Of a stretch of DNA of 64,000 nt, positions 1 through 12,043 are shown one piece after another. The DNA comes from Pelomyxa schiedti. Its lineage: Eukaryota > Protista > Evosea. Where the stretch lies: assembly GCA_020536535.1 (NCBI GenBank), contig JAHLWZ010000862.1, positions 5,101 to 69,100 of the forward strand, written 5' to 3'. Below the pieces are notes generated by a model, which was not told where the DNA came from, searched no databases, and worked only from the letters and a program-made list of their open reading frames with translations. Both the position numbers and the translations under genes were made by a program. Position 1 is the stretch's first letter, and every line of letters starts with the position of its first letter.

Positions 1-2
1 TT

Positions 3-171
3 CCTCTGCGAAAAGCGGGGCCCCGTCCCGAACCCCCAAAAGGTATCATCCCCTTTTACTTCAGGACACTTTCACATCCCCATTTCTTATCTTTGCCCAG
101 TTCCCGAAGGTGGCCCTGTTCAAATGGACTTCCGGAATGTTCTTAGAAAGGCACCTGCGGCCAAGTCATAG
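3..171 (+). CDS. 3' end of a gene entering the window; C-terminus PLRKAGPRPEPPKVPEGGPVQMDFRNVLRKAPAAKS*, possible actin-binding protein
   Basis: Removing a GT-AG intron at 43-100 gives an open frame ending at TAG 169-171; it contains a DFRxxL-like motif (DFRNVL). The partial gene is read by hand only. Confidence 0.45.
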   Translation, partial: LCEKRGPVPNPQKVSSPFTSGHFHIPISYLCPVPEGGPVQMDFRNVLRKAPAAKS

Positions 172-326
172 CATTGTTTTTATGGTTCGTTTCTTTCTGT
201 TGATGATGCAGCAGTCAGTTCAACAAAAAGGAACGAATGTAATTTAAAAGAACAAGTTTTTTTTTTTTTTTAAATTGAGTAGACTTTGTCCTGCTGGGTG
301 GCAAATATCTGCCCTTCTGTTTGTGT

Positions 327-2400
327 TTATGTTGAAGTTTCTTTCTGTGTGGGTTGTGCTTGTGCAGTGAGAAGGGCATTCAATTCTATCAAAGTGGGGG
401 AATCCAGCAGGGCAAATGTGTTGATGTCGAGTGTGCATGGGGCACCATTGTGGGAATGTTGAGTGAGGAGGTTGAGGTGTGGGTGGTTTCTGTGAAGAAC
501 TTGAACGATGCTTCCAAGGGCTTGAGGCGACGGAGAGTGCCGGAAGAATTCCACAAGAGCGGATGTAATTCTGGCCCTGTCAGGTTCTTGTTCTGGGGGG
601 ATTGGGTGAGGCCCGGCTTGTTGGGATTCTGCACCATTATTAGGTAATTCGGCGTGGAATAGTCCTCCTGTGGTGTGGAATTGCTTGTGGATTTGTGTTG
701 CTAAGGTAATCTGTTGGTGATTGCGTGAAGCACAGAGAAGCACAGTGTACTTGTCGGCTTGGAGGCTCAATTTTGTGCTGGTCGATAGAGAACGAGCCCC
801 AGTCTTCCTCCGGAGTGTCGATGTATCCATCACAACGGGTGAATTTTGGGCCAAGGATTCGGAAGAAGGACCGTGTATTTGCCGGGATTCGGTCATGTGA
901 CCAGAGACAGGAAAGGCTCTGCTCAGTTTACTCTCAAGTAACACTGACATTTTCTCTGCCACTATATGAACTATGTGCCCCACTGGGTTGTACAGCATGG
1001 CGTTGGTAAAAATAAGCCTCATATCTGATGCGAAATCCAGGCAAGTTTTGTAGTGGTACCGGTTTGCTAAGTTGTCTTGCACAGTGCTCAAATCCATTGG
1101 CACTTTGATTATAGAATGATAGTCGGGAATATTTAAGGCAACATCATCAACTGGATAGCGGAAGAATGATGAATCTTTGTGCCTGAAGATGGCATTTACT
1201 ATACGGATGCATTTACGGTAGTCATCTTCGTTCATTACATAGTCACTGAGCTGGGAAAACAATTAAAAAAGGCAATCGGACAGATTTCTCATACACTTGA
1301 CTCAGAGGGCTCTTTTTTCCTCCGTTTGTGAACAGAATTGGTTTTGGTCCTCAGGGCAAATCTCTTTTGGGGCAATTGTGGTTCCGTTTTTCTGGTAGAG
1401 TATCTCTTTTGGACATCCTCACATGAGACCTGAGAGTCCTCACTGTCAAATTCCAGGTCATCTTCTGAGTCAGACTTGTATATATATTCCCCATCTTTAT
1501 CGCTTGGGCTGGCTTTCTTATACTTCCGTTTGGGAACACTTTTACTATTGCCATGTCTTTGTACTGTTGCTTTTGGGAAGATGGCACTCAGTTCCTCAGT
1601 TCCCGCTTCCCCACTTTGGGCTTGAGGGAAAAGTGTGGCTTGTTCTGGCAGTAACAGACTGGACACCATTCCAGGTGGGGTTGAGGGCTCTACCAATGGC
1701 GGGGTTGGGGATGGTGCTGGTGGGGCAGTGAGAAACGGGGATGGATGTGGGGCTCCCCTGGGGAATACTTCGGGAGAACACTCAATAATGTTTGAATTTG
1801 GGGCATTTTCATTCTGTGATGTGCTCAGGGGGTGGAGCATAAGGTGTACATCTTTTGTAATTGAAAACCAAAAATTGTCAAAACCCAATGTACCTGTGGC
1901 CTGTGAAGTAATCAATGAGATAGGAAGTTGTGGTTGTAGCACAGGTTCTGCGCCACTTTTTTCAGTTCCTGCTAAAATGTAAGTGAGTGCCTTTTCAAAA
2001 ACCTCTTGTGAAAGCTTCAAAATTAACTACTATTAATGCGACAAAATAAGAATTCTAACTGTCTAATTTGTAAAATGGTACTTTGCAGTGTCTCTGTAGT
2101 CGATATGGTACTCTCGCATCCCACAACTCCCGTATCTTCGAGGGAAACAGCGGCAATAACATTGTTTCGTGGCTCCTCGCACTCGGTGGGCGATGCAATT
2201 GTGGGAGGAGACTCAACACCGCACAAAGGAAGGGGAGTCGATGACGTCAGCTGAGTGCCGTCGCCACCAGATTGCAGAGACTGGGACGCGGGGCTCGGGC
2301 TGGGACACCCGTGTCCCTGTGCCCCGACCTCCGGAGGGTTTCGACTTGCATTTTGTTTTCTACGCCGCGACCACGGGATAGCATGCCGTCGCGGCGCCAA
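327..2400 (-). CDS. Single-bromodomain + ET(NET)-like protein (BET/GTE-like chromatin reader); 5' end uncertain
   Basis: Bromodomain text FFRYPVD..IPDYHSIIKVPMDLSTV..FASDMRLIFTNAMLYN; C-terminal LGSIVQVLHRNHPHL..LDINTFALLDSPTLIELNALL resembles an ET domain. A phase-0 intron at 1251-1294 (GTATGA..CCCAG) joins ORFs 1289-2020 and 327-1262. The link to ORF 2023-2400 is plausible but less certain. Confidence 0.8.
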
Positions 2401-2543
2401 GTTGGTGTCGGCGGGTGTGGGGTTCGTTGTTGCGGGTTGGAGTTGAAATCTGTTGATGATGATTTTTTATGTTTGTGATCTTTCGCCCCCGGATCGGAGG
2501 AGATCTGGAAGAATAAAAAGAAAAAGGGCGGCTCGTAGTTGAG

Positions 2544-5500
2544 ATGGCGTCCAACGCAGCGGCGACGGGATCTGCGGCCAGTGCACTTAGTGCGTCTAGT
2601 GGATCTGCGACATCCAAACAGAAAACGCCGTTGCCGAGAAACGAGAAGCTTATCGCTGGTACGAAGGTTTCTTTTTTTCCCCCGCTGGCCAAGTGGTGTG
2701 ACACGTTCACAGATTTTGCATGTGGCTGGCTGAAATCCGGAAAATTGAGCCAAGGTCGAATCTACATCTCCTCCAATTACGTGTCTTTCCAGGCATCTGT
2801 GTTTGGAGCTGTATGCAGCTACTTTTTGTAACTTATTTGGTGGGAAGCTTGGTGGCAGTGGTTCTGATAAGCAAATAGAACTTGCTGATAAACACGAAAG
2901 ACATTATTGCCATTGAAAAGCGAAACACAGCGCTAGTATTCCCAAACGCCATTGAAATATCCACCAAAGACCAGAAATACTTCTTTTCTTCATTCCTACA
3001 AAGGAATAATGCCTACAGCGTTTTGAAGAAAGTTTCTTTTGTATGTGCTTTTCATTTATGTTCCTGCTATAATTTTACCCTTTCTAGGGAGAGGACTCTT
3101 CTGAAAGTTCTTCAGAATCGCCATCAGAATCGGACTCTGACTCCTTTTCTGATGAGGTACTTAGTCACTATACTTCTTTTTTTGTAATACCTTCCAGGAA
3201 CGCAAACAACCAACTCCTGCAACGGCACAACCGCCTACGCCTGCACCTATACCCACACCAACAGCAACACCGACTGCAGTTATCAATGACACCGCCACTC
3301 AACTGGTAACTATCCTACTTTTATATGACTGTGTAGTAATAAGCACTTATGTTCTAATAATTCTTTGGCTAAAACAGAAACATCAAAACTCGGGAATCGA
3401 GATTCCCTCATCACAGATATCGTCTATTCCACCAGCAATTTCCACAACTCCTCCAATAAATGCCTCAGTAGCCAAGCCACCATCGACACCGCAACGCAGT
3501 TTATCATCTTCTTTTTCTCTGAATTCGATTTTCGACACATTTTCATCTCTGCATGGTTCCTTCCCCTACATTTCTAATACTGAATCTCTAATATCCTTAC
3601 CTAATAGAGCCTGCATCATCAACAGCATCGGGTCTGTCGACTACACCACCAATCGGTCCAGTTGTGACATCAAATTCTACATTGAAAAAGTGTCTTGGCG
3701 TGCCAGCCCCTATTTCAACCCCAGCCCTCCCAGCCGCACCACTACAAGAACCTGTTTTAACCTCACCAAGAAACAGTTCGGTCGTACCACCAATTTCAAC
3801 ACAAAATTCCGTTTGTAACACAACACCACCTACCACACCAAGTGCTACACCCGTGCATTCCCCTCGTCTTAGCCCTTCATCTCCACAAAAAACACCAAAA
3901 TCCACAGAACAATCAGACTTGAATACCACGCACCCAGAAGAACCCCAGTCGAATTGCATAACTTTGGACCCTCTCCCAACGGGTACCCTCACTCAAGAGA
4001 TTACAGTCTTCTCTGCTATCTCACTTGATACAACAACAAATTCAACACCCACAGCAATATCTGCGGTTGCTCCCGAAAATCTACCTGTAAGTGAAACCAC
4101 AACAGCAGATCTCTGTTCATTAGACGTTACAAAGAATGCCGATACTCTCGTCGAGCATCAAAAAGAAGACGAGCCCGTTCCTATACTAACACCACCTTTT
4201 TCACCCAATTGCTTAGCACCAACACCCCAAGACATTGACCACCTTCTTGCCTTACCTTCTACCCCAACTCACTTACCTGCCACTCCAAGCCAGATTCCAA
4301 CTTTTGTAGAGAATCCACCCCCACCTCCACCACCTAAAGATGACACTCCTCATGCAGATCCTGATGTGTCACCGTTACACTCGTTCTTCTCCACTTTACG
4401 TGTTCACAGGCGCTGTTTTTCTGATAATCCCATATCCCCCCCTCTCCGGCAGACTCCATCACAGCCACCGACGCTTCCTCGTTCACACAGTCAAACTCCC
4501 CCATGCTCACCACGTAGTTCTTCACATAGGCCTCTTGCTGGTCTCCACACCCAACTTCAAGTAACTACAAAGATAGAAGGCAACAGTGCCTGCTGTACCC
4601 CAGCACTCAGTGATCAACAAGAGACACCCAATATCAGACAAGTTAATGTAAATGATATACAGCCAACCCCAGAACCAGTAGTAGTATCCACACTAGACAC
4701 TCACCCTTCCTACGTCGAATGCTGCTCTCAAATAGCTCAGAAAGCAGTTGCACCTGAGGTAACTCCATCGATAAAAATCGTTGAAAATGGAGAAGAAGAA
4801 GAAGTGGAGGAATTTGATGTTGTGCACTACCGGCAGAAGCACAAGAAGAGGTTCAGGCATACACACAATGACCCTGATGAAGTTCCTGGCGATTCTATTC
4901 ATTTAGCCCTTCCCGTCCCTCATTTCATTCGGCAACGCTGCCGCAGACGTAAAATGGGTATATGTAATGTTGTATCTCTACCTAGTGCCACAACCACAGC
5001 CGCAGCCCCCACAACTACAACAACAACAACCACCACTACTACAACTACAACCACTAGTACAACACAAGTTCCGGTGGGCAGGATAATTGCACCACTTATC
5101 TGTGGGCAGTGCAAACCCTCTATACATGTTAAAGCTTCCATTGGACAAATAAGCACAAGTTGGATTTTTACTGCTGTATTCTGTGTTGTGTTTTTATCAG
5201 GCCTGCTATACTTACATGATCAAGTACCCTTTGCATCACATGACAAGCTTCTCACTACCCCTCCACAGGTTAATTACCATGACAAACAGATTGCTAGAAT
5301 GACTCTCAACATGGTACGAAGAAGTGACGACCTTTCCACACTGGGGGCGTTCTCTGTGGCATTTCAAACCAACTCCTCCTGGCACTCCAGATGGTATCAA
5401 TTCCGGGACTGGAACAACCGGCTAGAACAGGTAATACAAGCCGCGTACCTCCTGACGTGCTTACCCAAATTCAATTCCCTGTAGGTTTACGAATCCCTCC

Positions 5501-5727
5501 AAAACACAGAAAACAAAGTCAACCAGCTCAATAGCGAACTGGTTCAAAGTGACACATTCTCTGAACTCGTTCGCGGCCTCTCGCCTCCACCGGCTGCCGG
5601 CCGCGGACACACACGGCCGGTTGTTGTATCTGCCAACTATGGCTGGAGTACCCTCTCATTGGGCATTATAGCACTAGGAACTGGCCTGCTAGTCTACTTT
5701 TTACTGCAAAACAAAAACACTGTTTGA
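2544..5727 (+). CDS. GRAM-domain membrane protein with a long Pro/Thr/Ser-rich linker and two predicted TM helices
   Basis: Spliced GRAM text FACGWLKSGKLSQGRIYISSNYVSFQASVFG / INTKDIIAIEKRNTALVFPNAIEISTKDQKYFFSSFLQRNNAY; hydrophobic WIFTAVFCVVFLSGLLYL. Intron 5431-5484 leads in frame to a last exon ending LSLGIIALGTGLLVYFLLQNKNTV* (stop 5725-5727). Confidence 0.8.
5011..5064 (+). repeat. (ACN)n coding trinucleotide repeat, poly-Thr tract
   Basis: acaactacaacaacaacaaccaccactactacaactacaacc.. inside the GRAM gene exon. Confidence 0.85.
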
Positions 5728-6112
5728 TGGGTGAAACAATTTTGAAAAAAAAGAAACCAACAACATGTAGCGTGGGAATAAACAGCATAGTTTTTGATAT
5801 TCTCTTGACTATTTGCTTTACGGAAGATGCAATGTAATTGGGCAGAGTTTGTGTGTTGCTTTGTTTCTTCATTGGGATCGGCTGCCAGACTGGACTGCGG
5901 AAATATCTTTGTCTCTTTACATCAGGCCACTGGGCATTGTTCTATTCTAGTGCTTCCTGGCTAACAAAGCTTGGAATTCTCGAATACAGGTTTTTCCCCG
6001 CTCGGCCGCTGTTGGTGGGGGGAGGGGGAGGGTAAGAGTGAGAGGTGAGAGGTCACAACAGTCTCGCAAGTAGAAGCTTCCCACGTTTTGTATGGGGTTT
6101 TTTGGGTTGGTT

Positions 6113-8667
6113 ATTTGTTGATTTGTTTGTTTGTTTGTTTTGAGCAAGGGAGGAAATGTAGACCAGCATGTTGTTCCTCAGACAGTCCCTGTATTGTCGT
6201 TTTCTCATTTAGTACATCAGTGTCAACTTGGAGCAGATCCGAATCAGTTTCTGTGGGGGAGGAGCGAACGCATCGTGCGTCCTTGTCAATTCATACTCTC
6301 AACTGTTATTGTAATATATATGTGTAGGTGTTCAGTTCCCTCTCGACCTGTGTCTAGTGTTTTCTGTGACACTTGATCTTCCTTCATTCCAGCTTCTGGG
6401 CATTTAAATGTGCACAGAGGGTAAATCCGTTTAGATTAGTGTGCTTAACTTTGTAGGTTTTATTGTTGTTTTGTATATACCCATAGATTTCAATGCTCCA
6501 CAAGCCTTTTCGATAGCCTATGGTGCTGGTTAGACACTGTTAAACAGTACAGTGGCGTTCTTAGAAAGAGAAATGCGGAAGGAAATACCTCGACAAGTAT
6601 CGCTGGCAGTAGCTTATCACCACGTGGGACGGTAAGTAACGGTTTGAGCACCGACTGCTGCTCCTCCAGAGTGGAATGAAACATGTCGAGGCACCGCTGG
6701 ACCTCAGCTACATCGGCACCTACAGTCGTGAGATACCGTAGAAGTGGGCTACGCAAAATACCTGACAATTCTTCTCGCGGTTTTTTATTCAATCCATCTT
6801 TGGATACAACATTGGGAGGAGGGCGTTTACGAGAAAGGTTAGTTTCCTTGTAATTGTTTGTTAAAGAGCAGGCAAATGAGTCTAGAATTACCTGTACACT
6901 GGGAGTAATCTCTCTAATTAACTGTCTAAGTAAAGGATTCTTATTTGGAGGTAGTGGTGCTTGTTCTGGTCTATCACAAAACTTGGGATAGAGAGCTGGA
7001 CCGAGATTGTCTATCGAAGGCTTTCCTTGGTCACAAGGACCGTTTCGACTGCTGTTTGGATAGTTACAAGATGGTGCACTACTGAGAGGAAGAGGAATGG
7101 TGCCGCGCCAAGTCTGAATCGGTGTCGGTGCTTGTGTTGGTGTTGGTGGGACGGCAGGCGGGCTCCAGAGCGGTGGATTGACGGTGGAGGGGTGGTTGGT
7201 TTGTGTGGATACGGTTGGTTCTACTGAGGGAACTTGTGTAGAAATGGCGGTGGAATCGGTCTTTGCATCCAGCATAGCTGGCGAGGCACCTCTTTCCACG
7301 TGAACAGTCCGAGGACTGATTGCGCGAATCGGCACATGAAGCACTGGGGTTGGCAGAACTCTGGCTGCCTGTGATGGCTGGGATGAGGACACTGGGGGTA
7401 CCGTAGAACCGTTCTCAGCACCAGGAGAATTCGGCCTATGCAAGTTCAGTGAGCGAGAAACCTGGGTTTCTGTAAGTGGCAGAGCTGCCGGAATTGGAAC
7501 CGGAACCGCAATTCCCGTGGCGGCACTGCTTTTGCCCGAGTCTGATGGCGAGGAAGCTACAGGGAAGTCTAGCTTTGATAGAGGTGGAACTGCAGGTCCC
7601 CCGTTCTGAGGGGGCTGTTTTGGTGTTGGCTTGGTGACAGAGCGGCCGCTGTTCTCGGGCGGCTGCCTCTGAGTTGTGGTTGACGGCTGATTCTGGTTCT
7701 GAACATGATTCTGATTCTGGAAGTTGCTCTGCTTCGGCAATTGCTGCTTGCGGGCGGCTGCGCCGGTTTGGACCGGCGATTTCTTTGGTTGTGTCTGCTG
7801 GGGTGATTGCTTTGTCTTTGGCAGCGGTTGTTTGGGTGTGGCTTGTAGGGCTCGAGGAAGAGGGATGTGAAGCGGCGGCGGCATCATTTCGGCCGATTTC
7901 TGTGCCTCGGGTGGGATTATGGGAAGAGGTGGAGGTGGTGGTGGAGGCGGTGTCTGTTGTTGGGTGGCAGGAGGAGGCGGAGGAGGAGGAATTTGTCGTG
8001 AACCTGGCGGAGGTGGTGCCTGCTGTGGGGAAACAGGGACGGGACCGAATTGTGGGAAAGGGAGAGGGAGCAGAGACTGCGGGGGAACCTGAGGAGGAAT
8101 TTGTTGTGTGCCGGCCGGGGGTGGTGTTTGTTGCGGGGAACTGGTAACGACTTGTGGGATAGGGAGAGGGAGTAAGGGCGGGGGCTGAGTACGCTGCTGC
8201 AGTGGAGTTTGAAGTGGTGTTGTATCTCGTGACTGGATACCAATCCGAGAAGACTGATGCGGGGTCAGTGGTGCAGTGCTTGATTGGTGGGGGTCCGGAA
8301 TCAATTGTGGGACAGGAGCCGCGGCGGGTTGGTTTGGCGTGGGCAGCGAGTCTGTCGTCATTGGAGTTGTCGTGGCCTCTGAGTTGGGTACAGTTTTGCC
8401 TGCCATTTTGGCTGCGAGTCTCTTGCGTATCTCGTCGACTGAGATCTTGGTGTCCGGCATGTTGCAGTCCGCAAACGGGTCGTCGTACATCGTATAAGTG
8501 GTCGCATCAGATCCGTCGTCGGCAGTGAGGTCGACCACTTCGGCGCGCCTCACGTCGTTCTTGAGCCACACCAACGTGTCGAGGCACCTGGCCCTGAACT
8601 TCTCCGGCCCAGGACGAGGCCCAGGCGGCAGAGGGGGGGGCGGGGGCGGCGCTTGAGACTGCATCAT
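6113..8667 (-). CDS. Pro/Gln-rich low-complexity protein of unknown function; 3' exons approximate
   Basis: 725-codon ORF with ATG at 8667. A GT-AG intron after ..AILVE continues as CLTSTIGYRKGLWSIEIYG, with further likely exons to about 6113. Contains VVDLT+acidic and RKRPP..KKPR motifs. Confidence 0.7.
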
Positions 8668-8860
8668 TTACTTGCTTAACAGCGAGCAGTGCCGACAATT
8701 TTTGTTGATCTGATCTTTTTTCTTTCTATTTTTCTTTTTTTCGTGCAGTTGCGGTCTTTTCTAAACACAAGATTTTTTGGTGACCGATTGGAGGACACTA
8801 GGGCTTATCTACTCTTCGGATTTGGCCTCCTAATAGGTAGGAGTGAGTGCAAATTTAAGG

Positions 8861-9698
8861 TTAGTGGGGACGAAGAACCGTTGTAGCAAGTTTGGTTCGC
8901 TCCTCGTTGTATCTGGCTTTGTCTTTGGCAGCTAAGTCTTGGAACTTTGTTTTGGCCGATTCAGGGGTCTCTTTCCAAAGGGCACCCAGCTTTTTAGTAG
9001 TATCTTTTATTGTTGGTGTTAGTGAGGAATTGGAAAGGTATTGAGAACCTTGTGGAGTTAGGCCTGTGCCCTTTAACTTGGGTCTCTCTTCGTCACCTGC
9101 AGGCAGGTTTGTGCTCAGTTTTGAATGTGAGGTGGGTAGGGACTTACAGAAAAACATGTAAGCACTTCGGTTCTTCTTGGGCCCTGCAGCAGTATTCTTT
9201 CTGACCGCCGGTTTCCTTACTTTCTTGGGTGGGGCAGTAGCAGACTCAGTTGTAGTGGTAGGTGCCGTTGTAGAAGTCGCCTCAGTTGTTGCTGTGGCTG
9301 CCTTCCTGCAGGTGTGTGAAGGGGAATTCTATTAGATTAAGAGATGTATACCTAGCTGCTGCCCTGGTTCTCGGTGGTTTAACAGATTCCTTGGTATCAC
9401 TAACAATGGGCTTTTGTGGCACAGGCAATTGCGTTCGGGTACGAGGACGCTTAGCAGCAGGGGCAACTGGCTCACTTTTTGGGTCACTTTTTGGCTCACT
9501 TTTTGGTTCACTTTTTTCTGTGGTCAGAGAAGGCTCACTGGCATTCACCTCTGGTGCCGCCAGATTTTGTTGAGATTGAGATTGAATCTCAGTTGTTTCC
9601 ACTCTTACAACAGTTTAGTTGTGCTTTGTAAAGAACGTTGAACATACTTATTATCCGCCGACATAACTGTGACTCTCGTATTTATTTATATTTGTCAT
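8861..9698 (-). CDS. Single HMG-box protein (Nhp6/HMGB-like) with low-complexity N-terminus
   Basis: Spliced text PKKNRSAYMFF..DEERPKLK..TKKLGALWKETPESAKTKFQDLAAKDKARYNEE is an HMG box. The start at 9698 is inferred from a short first exon whose phase-2 intron joins VETTEIQ. Confidence 0.8.
9470..9516 (-). repeat. 12-bp coding tandem repeat (KSEP/KSDP x4)
   Basis: ggctcacttttt/gggtcacttttt/ggctcacttttt/ggttcacttttt on the + strand. Confidence 0.8.
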
Positions 9699-9978
9699 GG
9701 ATCTTGGCATCAAAAAAAAAGTATATAAATGCCAAACGCGCAGGCAACTAACGCCAATCCTCCCTCATGCCAACACCGAAATAGAACGTAGCCACGTATC
9801 GACTGAAAGATCCCAACGCGTCCCACAACGCAAACGGCACAACTACCGATCTGCTAGAGATGAGATCAAAAAAAACCGTTCCAACGACATTTCCTTGATG
9901 AAGCAGTTCCAGGGGCACTTTTTAAAAGAGAAAAGAAGAGAAATTTTTTTAAAAAAGCCTCTCGCTCAAAACAAAAAA

Positions 9979-11609
9979 ATGTTGACCACCGCATCAGCAG
10001 TCACGGCAGCAGCCCTTGGTCGCTTTACCGCATCTACGACACCAAGGAGGAGTGTCCACAAGAACGTGGTTTCCAGATCTCACGTCGACGCCAATGGCCT
10101 CGTTTTGCCCCACGGTGGTTCGCTCAAGTGCTCGCTTCTCGAGGGCCAAGCGAGAGCCGATGCGCTCAAGCGCGCTCAAGGAATGAAGCGTATTAATATC
10201 GCTTCGCGAGAAAATGGCGACCTCATTATGATGGGAATCGGTGGCTTCAGCCCACTCAATAAGTACGTAGTGACTCGAGCAGTGTTTGTTTAAACATTCA
10301 TTAATAATTCTTCTCTTTGTTAGGTTCATGGGACGCGCTGATTGGAAGAGCGTCTGTGAGAAGTTCCTTCTTGCTGATGGCACTTTCTGGCCCATTCCTA
10401 TTACAATGAGTGTTGACAAAGACGTGGCTAAGGCCACGAAGAGGTTTTTCCCCCTCGCTCCTCCCATTTTGGTAACCTCACACAAGGGGTGAGGAGATCG
10501 CTCTTTTCTTCAAGCCTCGAAATGAGATAGTTGGCACCATCAAGGTCGATGACGTCTGGGAGATGACTAAAAAGGAGCGTGACTTTGAGTGTCAAAATGT
10601 CTTCACAACATGCGATCCTGAGCACCCTGGTGTTAAGATGGTATGTGAGAACAGTTACTACTTAGTTCTTAAGAAATCTACAGGTTATGGAGCAAAAAGC
10701 ATTCAATATGGGTGGCAACATTGTGACATTGAGCGAGGGCGAGTACCCAGAAAAATACAAGGGCATTTACATGCGCCCAGCCGAAGTACGCCAGAAATTC
10801 GCAGCTAGAAAATGGAAGACAATTGCTGCCCTCCAACTGCGCAATCCCATGCACAGGTCGCATGAGTACCTTGCCAAGATTGCTGCCGAAGTTTGCGATG
10901 GTTGTTATTCCAGTCCTGTCCCCTTTGTATTCATCTTCATCTAGGTGTCTTCATTCACTCACTTGTTGGGAATCTTAAGCCAGGAGATATTCCAGCTGAA
11001 GTCCGTGTCAAGTGCATCGATGCGCTTGTCTCCAAGTACTTCGTCCCAGCCAGTGAGTATCATTCACAGTGAGAAACGTCTTTTAACACAGCGTTTTACC
11101 TTAGATGTGATGCAAGGAGGGTATCCTCTGGATATGCGATATGGTGGCCCAAGGGAGGCACTTTTGCATGCCCTGTTCCGCCAAAACTATGGCTGCAGCC
11201 ACATGATAATTGGCCGCGACCACGCCGGCGTTGGGAATTACTATGGCCCGTTTGATGCCCATTACATCTTTGATAAGATTCCAACTCCAGCGGATCCAAA
11301 CAAAGCCCTTCAGTGCCAACCAATGCGCATTGACTGGACCTTTTACTGTGTCAAGTGCGACGGAATGGCCTCTCTTAGGACTTGCCCTCACGAGTGTGTT
11401 TCAAATTTACTTCGAACCATCACTTACCTTTTCACAGTAAGAAGGACCGTGTCATAGTCAGTGGAACCATGGTTCGGAAGCTTCTTTCAGAGAAGGGCGA
11501 ATTGCCAGACCACTTCGGCCGAACAGAAGTCATCGAAATCCTCCGCAAATACTACGAAAACCTCACCGAGAAAGTAGAGGTCAAGCTTCACAAGGCTGCC
11601 ACAATGTGA
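9979..11609 (+). CDS. sat: ATP sulfurylase (sulfate adenylyltransferase), Desulfovibrio-type, with N-terminal presequence
   Basis: Motifs [36 protein letters not shown] (QxRN/HxxH), [41 protein letters not shown] (Zn site), SGTMVRKLL; several short GT-AG introns; stop TGA 11607-11609. Confidence 0.96.
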
Positions 11610-12043
11610 TCGTGGAGAAAAAGCCCAAACCAATAGAAGTTCGCACCACCAATCCAAAACCCTTTCTTTTTTTGTGATACCAACGAGACAGAGAAACTTT
11701 TGTGATTTCCTGATTTTTTTCACCCATAAGTATTGGTGGGGGATTTTCTTGCAGCTAAAAAGAGCTCCGGGAGGGTCCTTGCTCTGCCCCCACCATCGGA
11801 TGGGACTGATTGCTCATAACTTGGCGTAACTCGTATGATACTCCCTTATGGGGAGACACTGATACTCCAAGTTGCGGAAAAGCCTCAAGTTTCTTCAACT
11901 GTCAGTTATTGGGTCCGACACCCTTTGGGGGCTGTAAGTTTTTGCTTCATTTTTTTTTTCAATGCACATCCACAACAAGTGTGTATCAGATTTCATGTGG
12001 GGTCTAACATACTGATGTTTGTGTGCGTTCCTTTGGGATTCCT

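Noticed and set aside
2247-2753. 168-aa Arg-rich minus-strand ORF and other short overlapping ORFs in GC-rich first exons
   Set aside because: Antisense to the GRAM first exon; stop-poor because of high GC, with no family motif.
9697-9978. 94-aa Lys/Arg-rich in-frame extension upstream of ATP sulfurylase
   Set aside because: It spans A-tract promoter-like DNA and overlaps the inferred HMG-box start; ATG 9979 follows an A-run like other starts here and gives a coherent presequence.
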